The notes: generated by a model not told the origin, from the letters alone. A DNA stretch of 64,000 nucleotides from an uncultured virus (IMG/VR IMGVR_UViG_2061766007_000905) (IMGVR_UViG_2061766007_000905); one strand, 5' to 3'; positions 7,630 through 18,682 are shown, numbered from the stretch's first letter. Translations and numbers: made by a program.

Positions 7630-7749
7630 AACAGCAAAAGCGGTTCCTATCATTAATAGAGTAGCTTAATAGGTAGAGCAACCACTAGTTAATGTGGGAG
7701 GTTATTGGTTCGACTCCAATTTCTATTGCCATTATTACTGCTCGCTGTT
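7630..7749 (+). ncRNA. GTTCCTAT-helix ncRNA enclosing tRNA mimic (8-nt anticodon loop, encoded CCA)
   Basis: AACAGC AAA AGCGGT TCCTAT [AATAGAG..TTCTATT GCCA] TT ACTGCT C GCTGTT. Confidence 0.75.
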
Positions 7750-7803
7750 TATTTTGCGAAAAACAGGAAAATTAAAACATATATAATATAAAGGTTAAGA
7801 AAA

Positions 7804-7851
7804 ATGACTAAGTTTGTAGTTGACACTCATGATTGCAAGACTCGCCGCGAC
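7804..7851 (+). CDS. Leader peptide MTKFVVDTHDCKTRRD (variant copy, truncated by gap)
   Basis: identical to 23866 leader. Confidence 0.65.
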
Positions 7852-7884
7852 NNNNNNNNNNGCTTCTACCTTTAATAAATCTCA

Positions 7885-8178
7885 TTAATTTGCTTCCTTA
7901 CCAAATTCTTTTAAAATCTCATTTAATGTGTTCTGAAAAGCCAATTCACGACCTGGTTCCGGTTTTTTACCGAATATAGCTTCATAATCATGGAATGCTC
8001 CACAATCAGGATCATAATTGGTATCTTCTTCAAGAGTAAACTTATAACCCTGGTTTCCAAGACGTTGTACTAGCTTAGCATAAGCTTTTGACATTTTAGA
8101 CAGATTAGTCCCACAATAAATTGTGCAATTTGCATCAAAATGATTTTTTACTGCAATATAATAATGACGTATATTCAT
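7885..8178 (-). CDS. Hypothetical protein, related to 36397 ORF
   Basis: shared EDxNYDPDCG motif. Confidence 0.6.
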   Translation of the reverse strand: MNIRHYYIAVKNHFDANCTIYCGTNLSKMSKAYAKLVQRLGNQGYKFTLEEDTNYDPDCGAFHDYEAIFGKKPEPGRELAFQNTLNEILKEFGKEAN

Positions 8179-8205
8179 AATTTTATTCTTTCCGTAAATT
8201 CGTTT

Positions 8206-8559
8206 TTACCAAGTTATTACAGGTATTCCGTCATCTTTGTTTCTTCCTTTTGGCGTTTTACCGCACATTATATCGATGTAATCAAGCAATACGTTGATGC
8301 GTAACTCGGGATTGGAACTGCGTATACTAATCTGGCTTGTATTGCTAAAACTCATTTGTAATTCTGGCCCGTACCCGATCACCGGAAAGCTTGGCTCATC
8401 GGTACCGTATGTATTTTTCATATATTGTACAAACTGATTGGCAAAATCAGGATATTCGAACGTGGCACATACCATCATATCCGCATTACTGAAATCTATG
8501 TTGTATTTTGTTTCAAAATCATTGAAATTCATACTAGGTCTCTTCCGCACTTTGGACAA
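8206..8559 (-). CDS. Hypothetical protein
   Basis: ORF in minus-strand operon; C-terminus DDGIPVITW resembles 9197 ORF. Confidence 0.55.
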   Translation of the reverse strand: MSKVRKRPSMNFNDFETKYNIDFSNADMMVCATFEYPDFANQFVQYMKNTYGTDEPSFPVIGYGPELQMSFSNTSQISIRSSNPELRINVLLDYIDIMCGKTPKGRNKDDGIPVITW

Positions 8560-8866
8560 TTGTTAACGGGAAATAACATTAAGCCAGGACCGGTTAAATA
8601 CCATATAGGCGTTTTTTGTAATGTTTCAGGCGTATATCTGCGTTCGAACAGATAGAATTCATCCCTGTGCTCAGGATCAAGTTCATCCTGGACATATTCA
8701 GAAGCATACCATCTACGAACCATAGAACCTCTAGGTTCTTCGAAATCCTGAACTCTTTCATGAACNNNNNNNNNNAACATATTCGGACGCATACCATCTG
8801 CGAACCATAGAACCTCTAGGTTCTTCGAAATCCTGAACTCTTTCATGAACTACATGGGTACAGAAT

Positions 8867-9193
8867 CTACACATTTTCTTTTATCACCTTTTGTAAAATC
8901 GATTTAAACTTTTTAAATGTATTTGCGTGTTTATATTTAAGCATTTTTTCGTCAGACCATACGCCTTCAGGTCCCCAATATACAAAAAACACGCCATTAT
9001 ACTCTCGATCTACTACACTATAAGGCATTGTCGGACAAAAATCAATATCCATCAATAACCCATTTTCCAATTTATAATTATCAATATACCAAGCGCCGCC
9101 TAAATCAATTTTTGGCGTCGTATGAATTACTTCCTGACAAATCTTTATAAATTTCTCAGGTTCAGGCATTACTATTCTATATTTTTGTCGCAT
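8867..9193 (-). CDS. Hypothetical protein
   Basis: ORF in operon. Confidence 0.6.
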   Translation of the reverse strand: MRQKYRIVMPEPEKFIKICQEVIHTTPKIDLGGAWYIDNYKLENGLLMDIDFCPTMPYSVVDREYNGVFFVYWGPEGVWSDEKMLKYKHANTFKKFKSILQKVIKENV

Positions 9194-9196
9194 TAG

Positions 9197-9586
9197 TTAC
9201 CATGTAATTGTAGGTATATCATCTTCGTTGTCATTTACTGTAGCATTCTTTTCGGCGTCCATTTCCTTTTTTAGGTAGCTAGTGAACGTAGTAAAAATTT
9301 TATCAAACTTCGTATATCCAATGCCGTATTTATTAATAATATCATTAAAATCGGATATAATTATAAGCATTTCATGAAAGCTACTTCCACAAATAGTAAT
9401 ACCATTGTTGGCGTCAAGTTCATACTTGATACAAGGCATTCCTCTATAATCGATATAAGCTTTAGTTCTCACTTTATCATAGTCATGAATGTACTTATCA
9501 AAATCATTTTTAGCCATGACATTTTCAAAAGATGCCTGAAGTTCAAATACATCACAAGAATATGTTAAAACATTAGGTTTCATCAT
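9197..9586 (-). CDS. Hypothetical protein
   Basis: ORF in operon. Confidence 0.6.
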   Translation of the reverse strand: MMKPNVLTYSCDVFELQASFENVMAKNDFDKYIHDYDKVRTKAYIDYRGMPCIKYELDANNGITICGSSFHEMLIIISDFNDIINKYGIGYTKFDKIFTTFTSYLKKEMDAEKNATVNDNEDDIPTITW

Positions 9587-9599
9587 TTACCTTATAATA

Positions 9600-10229
9600 T
9601 TATGCAATCCATCTTACCATCGGATCCCCAGTATATCCTTTTTGCCAAATATACCATGCATAACAAATAGCAGACGACTTATTTTCATCAGTTTCCCCGC
9701 CAGGAATACAGCCGATTCGATTTACGAATACATAGATAAATTTAGGCGGATATTGTTTAAAAAATTCATACCTGGCTTTTGTTTCCAGGAACTGAATCTT
9801 AAGAAGCATACACATATAGCGGTTATCGTCAATAAGTTCTATGCCTTTCTTAGCGAAATCAAGACAAATCTTATATGGCGGGTTCGTAACGATATTGCTA
9901 TCATGAATAGGCTCCGACCTTTTAAGAAAATCGTGCTCTCCGGGATAAACAATAGAACTATCCCATAAATCAGTTCTTGATATTAAATCTGTTCCATCAA
10001 CATTAAATTTCTGGTCCCTGAACGGTTTTAAAATATGGCCTTTACCCACACATGGATCAAATATCGTTGCATTATCGATTTTCAATACAGAGCCGAAAGA
10101 ATCGATAAGTTTTTGAACTGCCATCGTAGGAGTGGCATAAAAATCTTCATCTTCTCGAACGGTATCATGATTTGCACCGCCGAGAATTTGAATTACGTCT
10201 GAACACTTTTCGCTTTTCTTTCTAGCCAT
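9600..10229 (-). CDS. DNA amino-methyltransferase
   Basis: DFYATP, FDPCVGKG (SAM binding), VTNPPY. Confidence 0.85.
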   Translation of the reverse strand: MARKKSEKCSDVIQILGGANHDTVREDEDFYATPTMAVQKLIDSFGSVLKIDNATIFDPCVGKGHILKPFRDQKFNVDGTDLISRTDLWDSSIVYPGEHDFLKRSEPIHDSNIVTNPPYKICLDFAKKGIELIDDNRYMCMLLKIQFLETKARYEFFKQYPPKFIYVFVNRIGCIPGGETDENKSSAICYAWYIWQKGYTGDPMVRWIA

Positions 10230-10233
10230 ATTA

Positions 10234-10737
10234 CTATCTCTTAAATCTATCTAAAATCATGTTTGACACATTAGCCGGTATAAATAACGATTTTTCACCA
10301 AGTCGTTCAAATTTGCCGTACTTAATGCATTCTTTTACAAATGTCGAACTAATGGCTGGAAATCTGCTGAACAATACGACTTCCTCCATATCATACTTAA
10401 GATTTGTATAATATTGATTCAATACATATTCATCTTCCATGTCTTTGGAATTACGAACGCCTCTGACTAATGTCTGAATATTATACTTGTCCATTACATC
10501 TGTCGTCATTTGGTCAGTAACACTGATGATTGAGACATTGCCAATTCCTTGAAATCTTATTGCCTCTTGAACCATCTTATAACGTTCGGGTTCGGTAAAC
10601 AAATAATTCTTTGCAGAATTAGTAGAAATGCCTACATAAAGTATGTCGAATAACTTTGCTGCTCTCTTAATAATATCCATATGACCGACAGTAAGCGGGT
10701 CAAATGAGCCGACATATAATCCGTTTGTTCTTGACAT
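10234..10737 (-). CDS. coaD: Phosphopantetheine adenylyltransferase
   Basis: YVGSFDPLTVGHMDII, VRGVRN..D, ISSTFVKE; start after AAGGAG. Confidence 0.85.
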   Translation of the reverse strand: MSRTNGLYVGSFDPLTVGHMDIIKRAAKLFDILYVGISTNSAKNYLFTEPERYKMVQEAIRFQGIGNVSIISVTDQMTTDVMDKYNIQTLVRGVRNSKDMEDEYVLNQYYTNLKYDMEEVVLFSRFPAISSTFVKECIKYGKFERLGEKSLFIPANVSNMILDRFKR

Positions 10738-10963
10738 GTTATTCTCCTTGTTTTGGCTCAGCGGTACTTCCGCCCCTAATAGTAAATTCGCCATTCTTGT
10801 CGATTTTATAACGGTGAGGTCGTTTTTCAGCATCCCAAACTTCGATATAAACCGTAGAATCTTGTGGCACTGGTTCTTTTTCTTTCTTTCTTCCCATAAT
10901 TTAAATATAGTAAAAAATAACCGTCTTGTCAACGGTTATTTTTACATTTAATACAGCTAGTTA

Positions 10964-11155
10964 TTATCTATGCTTAAATATTGCGCCGAGCACAGTCAAG
11001 CCGATGCACACGAAATAGATAATAAATACCCAGATTTCAAGGCAAAGGCAGCTCCATGTAGTCGGACCAGCAATAACAGGCCATTCCGCGAATGCGCCAA
11101 CACCACAGAAATGCAAAACAACAGCCAAAATTGACCAAATTTCGATTACACCCAT
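10964..11155 (-). CDS. Small membrane protein
   Basis: MGVIEIWSIL.. two hydrophobic helices, GAGGA RBS. Confidence 0.55.
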   Translation of the reverse strand: MGVIEIWSILAVVLHFCGVGAFAEWPVIAGPTTWSCLCLEIWVFIIYFVCIGLTVLGAIFKHR

Positions 11156-11408
11156 TTTATTTTTCCTCACTTTATGTTTTTTAATTTTATACATGTTAAT
11201 CTTCTGGTAGTTCTGGCAATTCCATCCAGTAAGTAACAGCCATGGTCTTATGATAACCTTCGCTATCATTTACCCACCACTACTTATTTATCACTGATTC
11301 AAAATCACCAATACATACCTTTCCGCAAGATACGACAAGAACATTTCTATTCGTATCTGGCAATTTATCTTTTACAGAAATCCATTTGTTCTTTTTCATA
11401 AGACTATC

Positions 11409-11858
11409 TTAGTTTGCTTCGTATTTAGCTTTTAATTTTTCATAAAGCGCTCGTTCTTCAGCTTCTTTCTTTTCTGCAGCACGCTTACGTTTCTCTGCTT
11501 CCGCTGCACGCTGGCGCTTCTGTACTTCTTCATGTTTTTCAATTTCAGACTTGATATATGCAGTCAGAGCTTCATCATTATAAAGGAATTCCTTTTTAAA
11601 GGTGCAAAAACCAATATAGTCACCGTCGCGATCATGGTCAGGAGTACCGAAATCAATATTTTCTGGATAATCTGAAGGCTTTACTTGCAGATAATATCCG
11701 CTTTCAATACCCTGGAAAAGCTCAGGCTCCATATCATATTGATTTCTACCGTACTTAGTGTATAATTCGGTATAAAGTCGATTATACACATGCTGGGCAC
11801 GTACAACTAGCTTTTCATAGCTTTCCAGAGTCTGTTCAACTTCTTCCTTAGTTATCAT
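11409..11858 (-). CDS. Hypothetical protein, paralog of 46823
   Basis: DFGTPDHDRDGDYIG, charged C-terminal coil. Confidence 0.65.
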   Translation of the reverse strand: MITKEEVEQTLESYEKLVVRAQHVYNRLYTELYTKYGRNQYDMEPELFQGIESGYYLQVKPSDYPENIDFGTPDHDRDGDYIGFCTFKKEFLYNDEALTAYIKSEIEKHEEVQKRQRAAEAEKRKRAAEKKEAEERALYEKLKAKYEAN

Positions 11859-11875
11859 TTCATAACCTTCAATAA

Positions 11876-12070
11876 TTAAAAATTGGTTACTACGTACCAT
11901 ATTGTCTTATAAGCCAGGTAGAACCAGTTAAGACAGCCATGAACAATAGCCCAAAATACAGAATGATTAAAATACCAGCTAGTGCAAACTGCGCCTGTGA
12001 TACCTATCAATAACGGCAGGCTACAACAACTGATTCTAATCGACGGCTGACGATTTGGAATATTTGACAT
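11876..12070 (-). CDS. Small membrane protein
   Basis: SWYFNHSVFWAIVHG..WFYLAY. Confidence 0.6.
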   Translation of the reverse strand: MSNIPNRQPSIRISCCSLPLLIGITGAVCTSWYFNHSVFWAIVHGCLNWFYLAYKTIWYVVTNF

Positions 12071-12079
12071 ATTGATTCC

Positions 12080-12670
12080 TTATTCTATAGTAATTAATGT
12101 ATAATATTTGTCCGCTGCTGGAACGTTAAAGAAGAATTCATACATATCATCGTTATGTTTCACATAACCTAGTCCAGAATCAGCATTTTTAATCCCGGTA
12201 TATGTAACTATCGCTTCGGGTTTTTCTCCGTCCAGATGCGAATTAAAGCAGTTTATGACTCCGTTAAAAGAATCTCTTTCTGCATTATAAATCGGCGCAA
12301 GTTTTTCAAGATACGGCTTAAACTGGTTATTGTAGACGATAACATTGCCAGATGTCCTTCTTGTACTGGTCGTAATTCTATTCAATTCCCTAAAAATAAA
12401 CGGACTTAGCTCGCTATCGTCCCGATAATCCTTTTTTACGTAATTCACTTTATTAGCAATATTCTTTACATTGTCCCATATATACTGGTTAAGTGCATTA
12501 TCGTCACCCGCTTCACGCTTCCAGAGTTTAGACAGACCGCCCCAAACCCAACCAAGATAAAGCGTATTATCTACACCGGCTACCGATACATAGCGTAAAA
12601 ACTTAATTTCATCTTCGCCAGTAAAATCGCCTAATAATTTTAAACATTCCGTATTCATAATTGACCTCAT
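12080..12670 (-). CDS. Possible truncated paralog of T4 gp23-like major capsid protein
   Basis: RELNRITTSTRRTSGNVIV and IVTYTG..DSGLGY recall gp23 C-terminal motifs. Confidence 0.45.
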   Translation of the reverse strand: MRSIMNTECLKLLGDFTGEDEIKFLRYVSVAGVDNTLYLGWVWGGLSKLWKREAGDDNALNQYIWDNVKNIANKVNYVKKDYRDDSELSPFIFRELNRITTSTRRTSGNVIVYNNQFKPYLEKLAPIYNAERDSFNGVINCFNSHLDGEKPEAIVTYTGIKNADSGLGYVKHNDDMYEFFFNVPAADKYYTLITIE

Positions 12671-13578
12671 AGTTCTATAATAAAATCTTCATGTGTCTTG
12701 CGAGTTTCAAGCCGTTGCAATTTTTCTCCAGTATAATCAAGAATATCACAGTATGGCATATAATCATTTGGATATCCAAAAGGATTACACATGATATGAA
12801 TTAAATTCCCTTTAGCATTCACATATTCAGCCATCCTCTTGCCATGAGTATGACCACATATCCAATATGTTTCATCATCAAGCTCATCAAGGAATTTTTC
12901 AGCATTGAAATAAAACACGTAATTCCATGTGTCATTGCGATACTCATGAGGAATTCCTAACTGAATCGGCATAAAATGAGTTACCATTACTTTTGGCTTC
13001 TGTTGAACAATGTCCATCATCAACTTTTCATAATGGTTCCAAATTGCACTCGGTTCTTGACGGAAATAACGCCAATACTTACCATCATACCAATTTCTTT
13101 TCCAGTTAGTAAATGGATCTATGCCATAATGTGGAATTTCGCACTTGAAATCGCACATACCCATACAACCGCCAATTCCATTAACAATATTACCTTCAAG
13201 GAAATGAACGTTAGGAATAGCATCGCAAATTTCTTTCATTTTTGCAATTTTTTGTTCAGAACAAGTAAATTGCAAATTTGACTTGGAACTGGTAGCAAGT
13301 CCTCGACAAGTTAAATCATGATTTCCTAATACAAGATAAACTTCCTTATATTTTTTAGCAATCCATGGAATAAACCGAGAGAACCGCAAATAATCGTTTG
13401 AATAATCACCACCAAGAATAATACCTTCTGTTTCAGGAAGAAAATGATTATTCCAAATATATTCCAATGTGTCGATTGTTACATCTTCTGGAGGATCAGC
13501 TTTCTTCAAACGTGCTGGTTCTACAGCATATGCTTCATAAAAATCAAAATGTATATCTGATATTACAAAGTATTTCAT
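12667..13578 (-). CDS. Calcineurin-like metallophosphoesterase
   Basis: SDIH, GGD, GNHD, VTH, GHTH. Confidence 0.9.
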   Translation of the reverse strand: MKYFVISDIHFDFYEAYAVEPARLKKADPPEDVTIDTLEYIWNNHFLPETEGIILGGDYSNDYLRFSRFIPWIAKKYKEVYLVLGNHDLTCRGLATSSKSNLQFTCSEQKIAKMKEICDAIPNVHFLEGNIVNGIGGCMGMCDFKCEIPHYGIDPFTNWKRNWYDGKYWRYFRQEPSAIWNHYEKLMMDIVQQKPKVMVTHFMPIQLGIPHEYRNDTWNYVFYFNAEKFLDELDDETYWICGHTHGKRMAEYVNAKGNLIHIMCNPFGYPNDYMPYCDILDYTGEKLQRLETRKTHEDFIIEL

Positions 13579-13925
13579 TTTTCATCTTTATCTTTTAATA
13601 CATAATTTTCTGGTTGTAATAATGCCTTATCTGGCATTTCATCCTTAAAATCACGTTTCAATAATTCTTCCAATGCCATTTTATCACAGTCAAGTTCATA
13701 ACGGATGATGCTTTTCCAGGAAATCGCCGAATTTTCTGGTTCTTCATCATGGCATTTAAGAGTTCGTGTTGCGGCTTCGATAGAGCCCTTGTAATACCAT
13801 GCAAGTGCTTCCTTTGAAATTTCACCTCTGCTATAACGGCATGCCGGACATGTGCAGTTTTCCATAAATTTTTCCTTATAATATAAACTTGTAAAAACAG
13901 AACGATATACCGAGATATAATACAA
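13575..13925 (-). CDS. Hypothetical protein
   Basis: ORF in operon, CTCPAC. Confidence 0.55.
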   Translation of the reverse strand: MYYISVYRSVFTSLYYKEKFMENCTCPACRYSRGEISKEALAWYYKGSIEAATRTLKCHDEEPENSAISWKSIIRYELDCDKMALEELLKRDFKDEMPDKALLQPENYVLKDKDEK

Positions 13926-14272
13926 TAACAGGTATCAAATAAGTAGACTTGTCAAAGAAATCAATTTTTAACTTGCTAATATTATAAACGCCTATAACCG
14001 TAACTGTCGTAATTAATACCCAACAAAATAATATAAACCAAAATATCATAAATTATCTATATCTACCAGTTGCATACTCCATGTCGGATGTATGCCATAG
14101 AACATATACATTATTACGTCCCACATAATTACATTTGATTTACCAACTTGCGGTACATTGTTCAGATATCTAAATTTTTCCCATGCAGTTTTTTCTTTTT
14201 CCCATTTAAGCTCTAAAAAATAAGCTAAACCATCAATCATCACTTTCCTCTTATGTGTACAATTTATTTAGT

Positions 14273-14935
14273 TTACATGCTACTATAATAATATAACCTT
14301 GACAAATTATCCAGTTTATATAAGTTTTCCACATTTATATAGGTATCAGTCTTTTTATAGACGTCATTAAACTCACCTATATCAAATAATGTAGTTTTTC
14401 TATTGGCCTGATATGTATTATATGCAGTTGTCAGCTTTCCAAAAGGAATATGTGTATAAGAAGCATTTGAATCTTTACGATACCAATCGACAAATACGCT
14501 CAAATCTTTAAATTCCTGATACGGTATTGCACATTTCTGCATGTTGAATAACCGTAAAAAGTTACATTTAGGCACATCTTCATAAATAAACAGTAAATCA
14601 TCCTTATAAATGGCTTCTTGTTCTTTAGGTGTAAAGCTTTTTGTAATAAAAATAGGCTTTGATGTTGTAAGCTTATATGTGTCAGACGATGAATCATCAT
14701 CCGTGCTGACATATAATAATTCATAGCCGTCTGGATAAATCATGCCGTCCTTTATTTTAGTTATATGAACAAAAAAGCGCTGATTATCCGGATTTACGAT
14801 TTTCTTATTGCACCAGGAAGAAGTAAAGCATCCTTCTTTTTTAAAATCATTGAAGCTATTAAAATTAAGAAATCGTTTTTCCAGTTCCCTAATTTTATGG
14901 GTCTTCATTTCTTTCTTATTCGCCAAATTACGCAT
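14273..14935 (-). CDS. Hypothetical protein
   Basis: 220 aa ORF behind TTGACA promoter. Confidence 0.65.
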   Translation of the reverse strand: MRNLANKKEMKTHKIRELEKRFLNFNSFNDFKKEGCFTSSWCNKKIVNPDNQRFFVHITKIKDGMIYPDGYELLYVSTDDDSSSDTYKLTTSKPIFITKSFTPKEQEAIYKDDLLFIYEDVPKCNFLRLFNMQKCAIPYQEFKDLSVFVDWYRKDSNASYTHIPFGKLTTAYNTYQANRKTTLFDIGEFNDVYKKTDTYINVENLYKLDNLSRLYYYSSM

Positions 14936-15018
14936 TAAATATACCGTAATATAAATATAGAAAAAATAAACAGTATTGTCAACCGTCTATTTAATTTTAT
15001 GGTATTAATTTATAAATC

Positions 15019-15627
15019 TTATTCAATATGACGGTCGCTACTGGCGCCCAGAATATATTTAAGATTATAGCCAATATAAATAACGGTATCATTACAGTAC
15101 CTGGTCCAAACAAAAGGCATATCACGACAAATATATCAACCGGGAGTAAACATACAACTATAGGTAATACAATAAGNNNNNNNNNNAGTCGCTACTGGCG
15201 CCCAGAATATATTTAAAATTATAGCCAATATAAATAACGGTATCATTACAATGCCTGGTCCAAACAAAAGGCATATCACAACAAATATATCAACCGGGAG
15301 TAAACATACAACTATAGGTAATACAATAAGAAGTATCATAAAATACGGTAAAAGTATAAATAGCTTCAAAACCGCCAATATATAATCCCATGGCGAAGAA
15401 TAGAAATTCCTAAAATAAAACCAAGCCGGCAATGGCGCCCAAATGGCATTAGTTAGTATTGCATATCCAAAATCTGCATTTGTAACGGCTTCCGGATCGC
15501 CTATCATTGAATCAATCATGAATAGTATAAACGGAAAAAGACATATAATCCAGTTCAATACGATTTTCGTATACCTAAGTATTTGCTTCAAATAATCGAT
15601 ATATTCTTCTTTAAACGTCTTATTCAT
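15019..15627 (-). CDS. Membrane protein (3' end duplicated across gap)
   Basis: multiple hydrophobic helices. Confidence 0.55.
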
Positions 15628-15886
15628 TTCTAGTCAACCACCGTTGCAAGTCCTTAACCAATTCTTTAACTTGATTATAGCTAAGATGCATTCTCGTATA
15701 TGGTCCAGAATCTGAAAATTCTTTTTTGAATTCTTCAGACTGTTTCTGATTTACACCCAGCCATATAGACGGATCTACAAGGGAACTTTCTTGTAGCGAA
15801 CATTTCGCGCCATATCTGTCAGTAAATTCCTTATAACAAAACCCGCGAATGTTCGGTTTACCGTTTTTAAAAATATTTCTTGACAT
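15620..15886 (-). CDS. Hypothetical phage protein
   Basis: FTDRYGAKCSLQESSL..IWLG..RMHL. Confidence 0.65.
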   Translation of the reverse strand: MSRNIFKNGKPNIRGFCYKEFTDRYGAKCSLQESSLVDPSIWLGVNQKQSEEFKKEFSDSGPYTRMHLSYNQVKELVKDLQRWLTRNE

Positions 15887-15888
15887 CG

Positions 15889-16125
15889 TTACTCCAATTT
15901 TGACATACTGCAAATTATAATTTTGTTAAATTTCTGTCCATTCGGCAAATCATCATGAACCATCTTTCTAGCATAGTTAACTAGTTTCTTGCCGGTCTCA
16001 GAAGTCAATATAGTAATATAGCCTTCGCAACTACGCCCAGTAGTTGTACCGTTTTCTTCCTTGAACGCCTTATAATATACATGCCAATGCTGACCGAACA
16101 AGAATCTTTTAATTAGTTCAAACAT
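15889..16125 (-). CDS. Hypothetical protein
   Basis: ORF with GGGG RBS. Confidence 0.55.
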   Translation of the reverse strand: MFELIKRFLFGQHWHVYYKAFKEENGTTTGRSCEGYITILTSETGKKLVNYARKMVHDDLPNGQKFNKIIICSMSKLE

Positions 16126-16137
16126 TATTTCCCCTAA

Positions 16138-16965
16138 TTACCATGAAAATTCAATCACTTTAGTATAATCAGCGGACTGGACTTTACACGTTACTTTAAT
16201 GCCTTCCTTTTCATAATATTCTTGTAATTTTGGAATCATATTTTCTGATACCCGTAAAACACAAGGATCGCCAGGTAAATAATAGTCGTTTCGTTGGTAT
16301 AATAAAAATTCGCCGTTTCTGATATAATATCTAAACTGTTTCGAATCTGATTCTTTTGCCGCTTCTCTTAAGTCTCGGTTAATATAACCGATACATTGGT
16401 CAAAATATTCAGGATCGACTTTATATCTAGTCGCTTGAATTTGCCTCAATTCATCCGCAAACATAATTTCCCCTAAAAATAATTCATAAGCTGAACGCTT
16501 TAACATATTAGAAACAAATACGTTCGGATAAAGGCACGGATTATTCGGGTTTAATGCCCATTGCCTATCCGGGTATTGCTCCTGGATATACTTTACAAAT
16601 GCCTGGCTTCGAGATTTACCGGCATTGCAATGAATGAAAAAATCAGAATTTTTATGCGCATCGATAAATTTTACAGCCTTATCAGCTTGTTCTTTTGTAA
16701 TACCGATGGCATCATAACCGCCTTCGCAATGACGAATTTCTTCAGTAATATCGTCAAAATCAAGGTTAAGTACATTTTCCTTGTCGGCAAAACGGTGAAA
16801 ATCTGTCTTGCCGTCATAATGCGCATGTACAAAATTTTCTTTTACCGGCTCAGTGCAGCAGATAGAAATGATAGCTACATCATTGGGCAATGTTTCATCT
16901 GTCCAATTCTGTATATCCATATACTTATTAAAATTTTGCCGGCTAAAACAATACAATATTGCCAT
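16138..16965 (-). CDS. Protein-tyrosine/dual-specificity phosphatase-like protein
   Basis: LDFDD and HCNAGKSRS (CX5R). Confidence 0.8.
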   Translation of the reverse strand: MAILYCFSRQNFNKYMDIQNWTDETLPNDVAIISICCTEPVKENFVHAHYDGKTDFHRFADKENVLNLDFDDITEEIRHCEGGYDAIGITKEQADKAVKFIDAHKNSDFFIHCNAGKSRSQAFVKYIQEQYPDRQWALNPNNPCLYPNVFVSNMLKRSAYELFLGEIMFADELRQIQATRYKVDPEYFDQCIGYINRDLREAAKESDSKQFRYYIRNGEFLLYQRNDYYLPGDPCVLRVSENMIPKLQEYYEKEGIKVTCKVQSADYTKVIEFSW

Positions 16966-16966
16966 A

Positions 16967-17494
16967 TTACTGCATCAACTCCTCAAAGTCAATATTGAGA
17001 AAACCCTTATAGTTTGTGACATAAACCAAAAACTTACGGCCCTTAAGAACATTAGCCGGAATCACATTTGAAGCTTCAGTTACTTCGATAAATCCATGCT
17101 TACGGAGTACCAAACGTAAAGCATTATCTGCATAGCCGCCTTCGAACGTAAGATATCCGGAATCCATCGATGCATGTTCCGGTGCCCAATGAATCTTGTT
17201 ATATTTGCCGTTGATAAAATCATCACCGGAAATTTCAAACTTAACCGTATCAATCGAATCCGCCTTTAACATAAGCGTATTTTTATTTTCTTCTTTGGAA
17301 AGAATATCACTGATTGAATTAAAAGAAAGTTCGCCAGTGTAAATCTGATGATCGCCGTCAAATTCAAGATTTGAATTCTTGTTTTGACTGTTTATCCAAA
17401 TTGCGCCAGAACAATCGATCGTTTCGATGATATAGTCATACTTCTTAAGAAGCATCGCTAAATCAACAAGAAAATCATTATAGCGTGTAGTCAT
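16967..17494 (-). CDS. Hypothetical protein
   Basis: ORF in operon. Confidence 0.6.
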   Translation of the reverse strand: MTTRYNDFLVDLAMLLKKYDYIIETIDCSGAIWINSQNKNSNLEFDGDHQIYTGELSFNSISDILSKEENKNTLMLKADSIDTVKFEISGDDFINGKYNKIHWAPEHASMDSGYLTFEGGYADNALRLVLRKHGFIEVTEASNVIPANVLKGRKFLVYVTNYKGFLNIDFEELMQ

Positions 17495-17827
17495 TTAATT
17501 TACCTCTTCCTCAAATTCTTTACGGTCAACTTTTTCGGCGGATTTACGCTTATTATTTTGAATCATTTTACGAATACCAAGAGTTCTACGTTCACGGTCA
17601 TGCTTGATATTAGCGCGTCCATGATTATTAACGCCAATATGGCGAAGATAACGGCAGAATTCAACATAATCGAGTTTTTCATCGACATGATGGTTTTCGT
17701 AAATCTCGTCAATTAAATCAGACTTTACATCATAAGACTTAATATTAGGGTCATTATTAATATGACGTGCAAAACGGCGGACTTTACCGTAATCATGTTC
17801 TCTTTTATCTTTCTTTGATTCTCTCAT
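17495..17827 (-). CDS. Hypothetical basic protein
   Basis: MRESKK.. behind promoter. Confidence 0.55.
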   Translation of the reverse strand: MRESKKDKREHDYGKVRRFARHINNDPNIKSYDVKSDLIDEIYENHHVDEKLDYVEFCRYLRHIGVNNHGRANIKHDRERRTLGIRKMIQNNKRKSAEKVDRKEFEEEVN

Positions 17828-17867
17828 GAAATTAAATATAATAAAAAAACCGTTTTTTGTAAACGGT

Positions 17868-18314
17868 TTAAACATTAATACCTAAGCAGTTCCATATAAT
17901 TCGGTTATGCCCGGCAATAAGGTTTTTCGCATGGTCTACATCCTTAAATGCAACTTCAATCTTTATGCTATAAAAATTTCCAACCTGCTCAGACATCAAT
18001 GAATCAACGAAAATATTATTCAATTTATCGGATGTAAACCAACAACGCATACCGTTCTTCATAACTGCTACTTTTTCCAGCATTCTTAGAACGGTATTTT
18101 TCGTGATAGAAATGCCACAATTTACACTTTTCGCATATCTAACAAAATCTTCAAAATCGTCAATAAAGAAAAAAATTTTATCCGCATTCGGTTCATCGAC
18201 TAATAAATCCACAATGCCGCGTTCGACATATTTCTCAAATATTACCTTTAACTGGTCTGCTTGATTGTTGCTCTTTTTACAAGCTTCAGCTTCAAGTTCT
18301 ACGAATGTTCTCAT
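17868..18314 (-). CDS. Hypothetical protein
   Basis: ORF in operon. Confidence 0.6.
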   Translation of the reverse strand: MRTFVELEAEACKKSNNQADQLKVIFEKYVERGIVDLLVDEPNADKIFFFIDDFEDFVRYAKSVNCGISITKNTVLRMLEKVAVMKNGMRCWFTSDKLNNIFVDSLMSEQVGNFYSIKIEVAFKDVDHAKNLIAGHNRIIWNCLGINV

Positions 18315-18682
18315 TTCTTAATAAACTTCCACTTTAAAATGTGATTTGTAAAATCGATTTCAGATTCATATTCGTCATTTTCATGCTTATCAAATGCAAA
18401 CCAATACTCTGAACGCCCGTTATTTGAAATACAGTCTTGTTTTACTGTTAAGCGCATATCGAATTCTTTGCCGTTGTCCATACAGACATGAATAAGCTGA
18501 TCCGGATTAGACATCCAATATTTTTTATCCACATGCGGAGAATTAATTATCTCATTAATGGCATCGAATGGCGTATATTTCTTATAATTCTTATATGTAT
18601 TGTTTAAGCCTGAACTGTGAACTATATGATCTTCATGGTGAACCGGATATTTATCTTTTTTATGCCATAAAAAATTAAACAT
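18311..18682 (-). CDS. Hypothetical protein
   Basis: ORF in operon. Confidence 0.6.
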   Translation of the reverse strand: MFNFLWHKKDKYPVHHEDHIVHSSGLNNTYKNYKKYTPFDAINEIINSPHVDKKYWMSNPDQLIHVCMDNGKEFDMRLTVKQDCISNNGRSEYWFAFDKHENDEYESEIDFTNHILKWKFIKK

